From Mechercharimyces sp. CAU 1602 (lineage in GTDB: Bacteria > Bacillota > Bacilli > Thermoactinomycetales > JANTPT01): a stretch of DNA of 24,000 nt. A model generated the notes under the pieces. The model was not told the origin of the DNA and did not search any database. It saw only the letters and a list, made by a program, of their open reading frames with translations. Numbering within the stretch: position 1 is the stretch's first letter; each line of letters starts with the position of its first letter. Positions 8,123 to 14,154 of this stretch are shown here, in pieces. The stretch is from the NCBI RefSeq assembly GCF_024753565.1, contig NZ_JANTPT010000001.1:1173969-1197968 (forward strand). The letters are read 5' to 3'. The translations under genes were made by a program, and so were the position numbers.

Positions 8123-8297
8123 GTCGCTCGAGTCGAAGCCTCCTCATGAATATGGGGTGAATACCACTAAGAAAAAAGGATGAGCGACGGCTTATGGTAT
8201 ATCCTCCTCGTGAATATGGGGTGAATACCACGTACGTGTATCAACAGAAGATCAGAACGAGGGTATATCCTCCTCATAAATATGAATAGAGCTTCGA
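8087..8297 (+). CRISPR. CRISPR-like mini-array: 4 copies of a 36-nt repeat and 3 variable segments
   Basis: Consensus is GGTATATCCTCCTCATGAATATGGGGTGAATACCAC. R1 is 8087..8122. R2 is 8139..8167 (3' 29 nt only). R3 is 8196..8231. R4 is 8262..8297 (first 23 nt conserved, the rest degenerate). Spacers are 16, 28 and 30 nt with no similarity to each other. No cas1/cas2 is present in the window. Confidence 0.6.
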
Positions 8298-8313
8298 AGG
8301 CTCTTCTTATATA

Positions 8314-8351
8314 GAAAAGCGATCCGCTCACTTTGAGTAGGATCGCTTTTC
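8314..8351. terminator. Bidirectional terminator-like hairpin
   Basis: Perfect 12-bp stem GAAAAGCGATCC (8314..8325) / GGATCGCTTTTC (8340..8351) with a 14-nt loop and T-rich flanks on both strands. It lies between the array end and the stop of the convergent 8411 gene. Confidence 0.6.
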
Positions 8352-8357
8352 TCTCCT

Positions 8358-8389
8358 TAATAGCACTGTTTTCCTCGTAATAGCGGTCA
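8358..8389 (+). repeat. Right copy of the 32-bp direct repeat flanking the tnpB module
   Basis: See the left copy at 6642..6673 (28/32 identical). Confidence 0.85.
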
Positions 8390-8410
8390 TATATATCCTT
8401 TTATCTGTAA

Positions 8411-8827
8411 TTACTTAAGATACTCATCTAGAAACTCATCGAATGAATCGCATATGGGCTCTGCTGCCTCTGGATTATGTGAAATGAAGTAGTCAGTATC
8501 CAAAAATATGATTGTTGGGTCTCCGCCTCGATAATCGAAACAGAAGTGATTTTTGCCTACATCCCATGCAAAAGGGAAAATAAACTCAAACCCTTCATCA
8601 TCTTCTAGTGCTTCTTTATATTTATCAATCATTTGATCAAGGGTAAACACTTTATAGAAGTACTGTTCTTCACCATCCTTCGTTATAATCTCAATTTCAT
8701 CTTCAACCACAGCTCCATGAAACTCGGATAACCATTCGTAAAACCTGTTTGGAAAAGATATATTTAATGTTGATAAAGATTGCTTCACTTTGTGTACATC
8801 CAAACTCTTGTTTACTGATTCCCACAT
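8411..8827 (-). CDS. SMI1/KNR4 (SUKH-1) family immunity protein
   Basis: Carries ...ISFPNRFYEWLSEFHGA... and ...FAWDVGKNHFCFDYRGGDPTIIFLDTD..., typical of SUKH immunity proteins. I set the start at ATG 8827, which has GGAGG 9 nt upstream and lies 14 nt after the toxin stop. The longest ORF (8878) would add a basic RKRRKRNRR stretch read from the toxin poly-Lys tract. Confidence 0.8.
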   Translation of the reverse strand: MWESVNKSLDVHKVKQSLSTLNISFPNRFYEWLSEFHGAVVEDEIEIITKDGEEQYFYKVFTLDQMIDKYKEALEDDEGFEFIFPFAWDVGKNHFCFDYRGGDPTIIFLDTDYFISHNPEAAEPICDSFDEFLDEYLK

Positions 8828-8840
8828 GCGTGACAGCCTC

Positions 8841-10067
8841 CTATTTCTTTTTCTTCTTTTTCTTTTTATTAATGTCATCTATTTCATCACTAGTCTCGCT
8901 TTGTTTTCCCCAAATGGCGTGCCCGCCAGTATGTCGTGCACTTTCATGAACATCTCTAGGTATCAGCTGCATTCTACCCGTATCTTGATGATGATGCCAA
9001 GTATAGTCTTTAGGACTACCTTTACCTTTTCTAATATCTTGCTTAGTTTTCTCAGGAAGGTCAAAACGGGTCTCCCAATCAGGATATTTTTGCTTAAAGA
9101 GCTCTGTAGCTAATGCCAATTGTTTAGGGCTTTTGCCCACAACCTTTTCATCAGGAATGTTAATCTCTGCCACTGTCCACTCGTCAAAAACCGGAAACCC
9201 ATCATCATTATAATATACTCCGTTATGCAACTTACCAGCATATTTACTATTTACCAGGGGAATTTCCCTATCATCTGATGTTTCGGCTACTTTCTTAATG
9301 TCACCATTGGCATACTCAGAGTCTACAATATCATATGAAAAATCAGGGTCTCCAGGCTTAAGAGAGCTAAAATTCTTATCTTGTTTTTGATTGCCTGCAT
9401 CTTCGTCTTCACAACTTTTACATGATCCTCTATCAAGGGCAGAATCAATTTCGCCTTGGGTTTCTCCAGCTGGTTCTCCCTCGAGGTAAGCAGAACCTAC
9501 AATTGTAAATGGATTACGCGTGAGAGTCCACTTAGCAAGTGATTTAATATCTAATTTGGGTCGTTCAAAAACCTCATCAATAATGTCGCCAAAGTAGTCC
9601 GCCGACTCTTCTCCGAATTCTTTCCACCATGAATTCGTCGAATCTGTTTCATCATCGTGATCCAGTGGAGTAATCCCAATGATGCTCGATGAATAAGTTG
9701 CCTTCCCTAGCTCTCCAAGCGTAGGCGGGTCATTCGATGGAGAATAAATTAACTCATTATATGTTTTTTTATCTTTATCCCACTTCGTAACAATTTCTAT
9801 CCCATCATCTTGTGCAGTATTATCTCCTGAGGATAAAATCGCTCCATTATGATCACTATTAGAGCCATTATCCTCTGGTGAGCTAACCTCACCCATCAAA
9901 GTCTGTTTAACCTTATTCTGTAATGCACGTGTTATATCATTATCCTCTGAGAACACATTGAGCAGAATGGTAGCAAGTAGTACACCTGCCATCAGGATGA
10001 TAACATATTCAATTGTCGAAGAACCCTTGCTAGAACTAATAATATCTTTGAGTCGTTTTATCATCAC
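8841..10067 (-). CDS. Polymorphic-toxin-like protein: Flp/class-III prepilin-like leader + linker + C-terminal HNH/EndoVII-fold (WHH/GH-E-like) nuclease, ending in K8
   Basis: The N-terminus ...SSSKGSSTIEYVIILMAGVLLATILLNVF fits the Flp G/xxxxEY motif plus a hydrophobic helix. The C-terminus is ...DDGFPVFDEW...DYTWHHHQDTGRMQLIPRDVHESARHTGGHAIWGK. A SUKH immunity gene follows immediately. The start overlaps the upstream stop (GTGA/ATG at 10067..10062). Confidence 0.75.
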   Translation of the reverse strand: MMIKRLKDIISSSKGSSTIEYVIILMAGVLLATILLNVFSEDNDITRALQNKVKQTLMGEVSSPEDNGSNSDHNGAILSSGDNTAQDDGIEIVTKWDKDKKTYNELIYSPSNDPPTLGELGKATYSSSIIGITPLDHDDETDSTNSWWKEFGEESADYFGDIIDEVFERPKLDIKSLAKWTLTRNPFTIVGSAYLEGEPAGETQGEIDSALDRGSCKSCEDEDAGNQKQDKNFSSLKPGDPDFSYDIVDSEYANGDIKKVAETSDDREIPLVNSKYAGKLHNGVYYNDDGFPVFDEWTVAEINIPDEKVVGKSPKQLALATELFKQKYPDWETRFDLPEKTKQDIRKGKGSPKDYTWHHHQDTGRMQLIPRDVHESARHTGGHAIWGKQSETSDEIDDINKKKKKKKK

Positions 10068-10729
10068 ACACCACCAAATACAACAATTGATGCATGAACA
10101 ATAGAAGCTAGCAACGCAATAATAAAGAAGCCCACGACGGATGACAAAATGAGTACAATCACTGACTTCCAGAATTTTATGCTGTGAGCTTTACTTAACC
10201 CTATGAAAAGAAGAATAAGCGTATGAAAAAATGCTAGAATATGAAGCACGGAAACGATTAAATGAATGTAAAACCGTATAGGCTGGTCAACACGCATACT
10301 CCCATATGCATGGTAGTAAATAAACCCTTTCGTAAAAAAATTACCGTATATAGCGATTTCAATTACCCATAAAATCAACGTCATTATCAGGGGAAGGGAT
10401 GCAAATAAGATCATCTGATAAATTCTCTTCCATGTGCCTTCACCTTTAAGCATATTGCCTATCCACTTGAACAAAGGCACAAAAACAACGATTAATACAA
10501 GACCATTTAGTAGTCCGTTGAACAAAACTGTTGCTAGTACTTGTAGCAAGTCTAGATTTAACCCTATGTAGTTTTTGAATGCGCCGTTGAATGCAACTAC
10601 CAATCCCAAGAGGTATGTTAATAGAAACAGCTTCCATAATGGTATAGACTCATTGTTTAACTCCTCAAAAAAAGAGCGAGGAGACAATAAAAAGTTTCGC
10701 ATTTTAGACAGCATATACAAGTAGCTCAC
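10064..10729 (-). CDS. Yip1-domain-like polytopic membrane protein
   Basis: 221 aa with about 5 hydrophobic helices and an N-terminus ...LLSPRSFFEELNNESIPLWK.... It is translationally coupled to the toxin gene. The start is uncertain among GTG 10729, TTG 10720 (GAGG 8 nt upstream) and ATG 10714. Confidence 0.6.
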   Translation of the reverse strand: MSYLYMLSKMRNFLLSPRSFFEELNNESIPLWKLFLLTYLLGLVVAFNGAFKNYIGLNLDLLQVLATVLFNGLLNGLVLIVVFVPLFKWIGNMLKGEGTWKRIYQMILFASLPLIMTLILWVIEIAIYGNFFTKGFIYYHAYGSMRVDQPIRFYIHLIVSVLHILAFFHTLILLFIGLSKAHSIKFWKSVIVLILSSVVGFFIIALLASIVHASIVVFGGV

Positions 10730-10767
10730 CTCAAAAATAGTAATAATATTTACTTTCTTAAAGAGAT

Positions 10768-10796
10768 ATTATAGCATTTGTTGGTATAACATGGAA
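10768..10796 (-). promoter_or_regulatory. Promoter candidate with an extended -10 for the yip1-toxin-immunity operon
   Basis: Minus strand has TTCCAT (10796..10791), a 17-nt spacer ending in TGC, then TATAAT (10773..10768), giving TGcTATAAT. It lies ~40 nt upstream of the operon start. Confidence 0.45.
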
Positions 10797-10833
10797 GTAT
10801 AATAATTCCAGTTCCACACACAAAAGGATATGA

Positions 10834-10879
10834 GTAATAGTATCTATAAGGTATTCAAATACCTTATAGATACTATTAC
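10834..10879. repeat. 46-bp perfect palindrome
   Basis: GTAATAGTATCTATAAGGTATT-CA-AATACCTTATAGATACTATTAC with 22-bp arms and no mismatch. It lies between the arpU-like stop (10897) and the toxin-operon promoter. No T-tract follows on either strand. Confidence 0.9.
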
Positions 10880-10896
10880 ACAACCTACCCGCCCCC

Positions 10897-11331
10897 TCAC
10901 ACAACCCCCAACATCACCGCCATCTTCCGCATCGCTTCCTTCTTAATCCTCCTATACGTACTCTCACTCCACATCAACCTCGCCTGCACCTCTTTATCCA
11001 GCCGATTCTGCATGTACCGTTCCTCTAACACCAGCCGCTCATCAATATCCAACACAGCCAATGACCGCTCAATCCGCTTCACCTCTACCTCCATCCACTC
11101 TAGCCGTTCTCTCTGTTCTGTTCGCCGAATCCCATATTGCTCTGTGGTCGACACATACGCACTATAACCAGGGCTTGTCCGCTCTTCATAGACAGGGGTG
11201 CAAGACGGGAACTCTTCTTCCATCTGCAAGGTTGCTTTCCAGGTACGATAGTTTTTCAATAGCTCCTCTACCTTTCGCCGATGCACAGGCTTCTTGTTCG
11301 CTGCTTTAGTCCCTGCTGCTACCGATTCCAT
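10897..11331 (-). CDS. ArpU-family phage late transcriptional regulator (sigma-region-4-like)
   Basis: 144 aa with ...VEELLKNYRTWKATL...RIERSLAVLDIDERLVLEERYM...STYRRIKKEAMRKMA. Size, motifs and position match ArpU/RinA-type regulators. Confidence 0.7.
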   Translation of the reverse strand: MESVAAGTKAANKKPVHRRKVEELLKNYRTWKATLQMEEEFPSCTPVYEERTSPGYSAYVSTTEQYGIRRTEQRERLEWMEVEVKRIERSLAVLDIDERLVLEERYMQNRLDKEVQARLMWSESTYRRIKKEAMRKMAVMLGVV

Positions 11332-11364
11332 ACCTGCACCCCCATATTGGATTAATTGTAACGG

Positions 11365-12123
11365 TTACTTATATACCGGATAGTCGATCTCTACTTCCAA
11401 CTCATCCATCCCATTGTCTCTACAAATCCTGTAAATCATGTTCGACTGCTTCTCTGCCCATCCAATATCCGTCGCATACTGATGTACCCCTGGATTCGCT
11501 GGATTGTACAACATCTTATAGAGCGTATCCTGATCATGGCTGGAATACGTATACCAGTCAGAGATGCACTTGGCTCCGCCAATGATCGCCTTCTTCACGT
11601 TGTTCCAGTTCTTCTGTTTCGCGAATGCGGCACCGAGATTTGATGCGTCGCCATCATATGCCGCTAATCCAAACACATTGTAATACCCTTCATAGTCCTT
11701 TACCGTACCATTTGCCAGCGCACTTGCCCCGTGGTTCGTTTCCAGAAGCGAGTGTGCAATCAGATACACTGGATCCACCCCATATATGTCTGCCGCCGCC
11801 TTAAATGTGAAACCTGTCCCTTCCAACGAGCCCTTTCCTATCAACGCCTGATCCAACTGCTCTATGCTGACATCCATCTGTTTTGACAATAGAATGTGTT
11901 GGAAAATCTTCGAGGGCGACATCGTATTTGACGGCGACACCTTCTCTATGACCTCTTCTAATGTCGCACTACGGAATCCGCCCAACTCATCATCCCATAC
12001 GATCGCTCCATTCGTGCCATACTCCTTGTGAATCTCACTTGCCTGCTCCACTGTCAAATCACAAGATGTAAACCCGAATGATCGCAACTCTCCGCTCAAC
12101 AACTCTCCTACTTTGAATCCCAC
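11365..12123 (-). CDS. GH73 N-acetylglucosaminidase-domain protein
   Basis: Carries ...AAADIYGVDPVYLIAHSLLETNHGASALANG...YYNVFGLAAYDG...QYATDIGWAEK, i.e. a glucosaminidase (LytD/FlgJ-type) domain with the catalytic Glu context. Confidence 0.75.
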   Translation of the reverse strand: MGFKVGELLSGELRSFGFTSCDLTVEQASEIHKEYGTNGAIVWDDELGGFRSATLEEVIEKVSPSNTMSPSKIFQHILLSKQMDVSIEQLDQALIGKGSLEGTGFTFKAAADIYGVDPVYLIAHSLLETNHGASALANGTVKDYEGYYNVFGLAAYDGDASNLGAAFAKQKNWNNVKKAIIGGAKCISDWYTYSSHDQDTLYKMLYNPANPGVHQYATDIGWAEKQSNMIYRICRDNGMDELEVEIDYPVYK

Positions 12124-12129
12124 CCCCCA

Positions 12130-12330
12130 TCATCTCCCTTTTAATTTAACTCTCGCATTCCTTTCTGGTTTCAATCCTCCATCAATCCTTTGTATAAATC
12201 CCAGTCGATCTCCCCTACCGTCCTGTACCGATACCCACACACCCGACACCTTCAAATTCACCTCCCGATCCTCCCCGCAAACCTCGCATCTATTCTCGAA
12301 TGCCACGGGATTATAGTAGATGACGGTCAT
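12130..12330 (-). CDS. Hypothetical protein (66 aa)
   Basis: ORF tightly packed between rusA and the glucosaminidase gene. Contains CEVC. Confidence 0.45.
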   Translation of the reverse strand: MTVIYYNPVAFENRCEVCGEDREVNLKVSGVWVSVQDGRGDRLGFIQRIDGGLKPERNARVKLKGR

Positions 12331-12753
12331 TCAATTTACCTCCCCTACAGTGACTTCTGCTCGTTCTTCTGCCTTGGAAATAACAGATACCTTCTCAATC
12401 TCCAGCCTCCGAACTTGTTTGTCATCCTCGTACGCAATCCCGTTCATTCCGTCCAGAATCGACTTACTGTAGTTGTCCACGTCGCCCTCTCTCTTGCCAT
12501 GCAGGTACACCCTTATTTCCACCCTCACAGGGGCTTTCGTGGGACGGACACCCGCCCCTTTCGCCGCCCATCCCACGTTGTTCTTGTATGCGAGATATCG
12601 CTTGGCATTAGGTCGTGTCCATTTCCCCCTCTGCGTCATCCGCACCGCTGGGACAGGACGACCCACTACCGTGAAGCTAATCATCCCATCACGCACAAAT
12701 CGCCGACTCTTCTTTCCTTGTTTGAACACTTGAAATCCGTAGCGTTCAACCAT
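12331..12753 (-). CDS. rusA: RusA-family Holliday junction resolvase
   Basis: Carries ...GRPVPAVRMTQRGKW...YLAYKNNVGW...DVDNYSKSILDGMNGIAYEDDKQV.... Confidence 0.85.
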   Translation of the reverse strand: MVERYGFQVFKQGKKSRRFVRDGMISFTVVGRPVPAVRMTQRGKWTRPNAKRYLAYKNNVGWAAKGAGVRPTKAPVRVEIRVYLHGKREGDVDNYSKSILDGMNGIAYEDDKQVRRLEIEKVSVISKAEERAEVTVGEVN

Positions 12754-12949
12754 TGATAATCTCCTCCTCAGTGGCTAATCTCAGATACTTCGTTGCATAA
12801 TAACCCCTGTAACCTTCGAGTAAAACAACCATGGTATCTTCAGTCCATCTCTGCTCATCCGATCTACAAATCCACACCTTGCCACGGAATTTTTTCAAAT
12901 CCGCCTCCCCACACCCGTACATGACCACCCGATCACCTGTCTTCAGCAT
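12746..12949 (-). CDS. Hypothetical protein
   Basis: ATG 12949 is preceded by GAGGGGGAG 7 nt upstream and overlaps the upstream stop (ATGCTGA). The longest ORF starts at 12985. Confidence 0.5.
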   Translation of the reverse strand: MLKTGDRVVMYGCGEADLKKFRGKVWICRSDEQRWTEDTMVVLLEGYRGYYATKYLRLATEEEIING

Positions 12950-13182
12950 TGTTCTGCTCCCCCTCTTTCCTTGTAGCTGACCCACCGCTCCAGAAATTCG
13001 TCAGCTTCATCTCCCAGCAAGACAATGATGTTTGCCCATTCCTCATATTCGAAATCCCATCTTGAACACTTCAAAATGACCAAGACCTCATTCTCAATCG
13101 TATTTCCTCGGTTCACCCAAGCCACATCTGCTAGGGAGAATATCTCATTCACACCTCGGAAGACCATAGACACAGGTTCCAT
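12943..13182 (-). CDS. Hypothetical protein
   Basis: 79-aa ORF in the tightly packed early operon. Confidence 0.5.
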   Translation of the reverse strand: MEPVSMVFRGVNEIFSLADVAWVNRGNTIENEVLVILKCSRWDFEYEEWANIIVLLGDEADEFLERWVSYKERGGAEQC

Positions 13183-13186
13183 CCGC

Positions 13187-13435
13187 TCACCTCAGATCAA
13201 ATTTAAATGTCGATAGGTCTGCCTCCTCGATCTCGTTCGGGCTCATCCGTCGCCACCGCCCTGTGACTCTGATAAAAGACTCCTCATCTCTTATCTCAAT
13301 GATCTCAAGTATTTTGTATATCTGTTCTTCATCCTGGTTCTTATAGACGACATCACCCTTCTTAAGTCTCGAATAGTTCAACATTGGTCGAGTGAATGTT
13401 TCCGGTTTATATTCGTCAATCCAGTTAATCTTCAT
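13187..13435 (-). CDS. Hypothetical protein
   Basis: 82-aa ORF with GGAGGA 4 nt upstream of ATG 13435. Confidence 0.55.
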   Translation of the reverse strand: MKINWIDEYKPETFTRPMLNYSRLKKGDVVYKNQDEEQIYKILEIIEIRDEESFIRVTGRWRRMSPNEIEEADLSTFKFDLR

Positions 13436-13711
13436 TTCTTCCTCCCCTCATGTCCTCCACCTCTACCGAATGCATTCCTTTCTTCTGCACTTGTGGGCAC
13501 TCAACCTCATCGTTTCGCCAATCCTTATACCTCAGCGCCTCTTTCAAACCGTGAGAGAGCTTGTAATACTCCCGCCATAGGCAAAGAAAAAATTCTTCTC
13601 ATAGCAGAGTGCGCCTCCACTAGGATCTGACTCAATAATACGTATCCCTTTCTTCTCAATTGTGTGCCTCATCCAATATTGGCTCAAGATCCTCCAGGCG
13701 GAAAGTCACCT

Positions 13712-13963
13712 CTACACCCCCTTCTCAAAGTAAGCCATTGCTAATGTCCAAGTAACTAGAGCAATTGATGAACCGACGAACATGATTAGGAGCAAAATTA
13801 CGGAGTCATCACTTAAATCCGCATTCCCTATAGAGAAATAAAACACGACGGAAGCTACCATGAATGCGATTATCAGTACTTGAAACACTTCCACCTCTTC
13901 ACGCCCCTCTCGCTCCACGTTTTCGTCTGCTGATCCGCCCTTGCCGAGCCAAGTCCATAACAA
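13712..13963 (-). CDS. Small membrane protein (2 predicted TM helices)
   Basis: Hydrophobic segments are VLIIAFMVASVVFYF and ILLLIMFVGSSIALVTWTLAMAYF. The true start may be GTG 13894 (GAGGGG 9 nt upstream), just past the upstream stop at 13899. Confidence 0.5.
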   Translation of the reverse strand: MLWTWLGKGGSADENVEREGREEVEVFQVLIIAFMVASVVFYFSIGNADLSDDSVILLLIMFVGSSIALVTWTLAMAYFEKGV

Positions 13964-14150
13964 GTAGCGTCACCTCGTCTGGGTCTCTGTCCAGCGTCTT
14001 TGCAATATCGTGAAGGCTCTGTCCATCCCGCCACATCTCCACCACCTGTGGTACCTCCGCTTCGTCCCAAACAAAATCGAGGTCTTCCAACGCCACATAC
14101 AACAATCTGCGCTCAAACGGTGTAGCAACAGGCATCTCTCTTCCAGTCAT
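13899..14150 (-). CDS. Small HTH-like protein
   Basis: Carries ...VVEMWRDGQSLHDIAKTLDRDPDEVTLLVMDLARQGRI..., a sigma-region-4/resolvase-type HTH. Confidence 0.5.
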   Translation of the reverse strand: MTGREMPVATPFERRLLYVALEDLDFVWDEAEVPQVVEMWRDGQSLHDIAKTLDRDPDEVTLLVMDLARQGRISRRKRGARGA

Positions 14151-14154
14151 CTAT

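Larger units (their letters stand above)
6642..8389 (+). mobile_element. tnpB + mini-array module, apparently inserted as a unit and bounded by direct repeats
   Basis: 32-bp imperfect direct repeats at 6642..6673 and 8358..8389 bracket tnpB, its 3' structured region, the repeat array and a terminator. This is the only plus-strand block within a ~19-kb run of minus-strand genes. Confidence 0.45.

Noticed and set aside
7995-8183. 62-aa plus-strand ORF crossing the repeat array, with a repeated PPHEYGVNTT peptide
   Set aside because: The peptide repeat is simply the 36-nt DNA repeat being translated. There is no RBS, and the frame is not maintained across all repeat copies because the spacers are 16, 28 and 30 nt long. 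The DNA/RNA-level repeat explains it better.
8828-8878. Basic N-terminal extension (MTLIKRKRRKRNRRLSR) on the SUKH immunity ORF
   Set aside because: It is an alternate-frame reading of the toxin K8 tract. A properly spaced GGAGG serves the internal ATG at 8827, just after the toxin stop.
8749-9113. Plus-strand ORFs 8749..8949 and 8790..9113 with poly-Phe/Leu stretches
   Set aside because: They are antisense read-through of the toxin poly-Lys codon tract and the toxin 3' end. They have no independent support.
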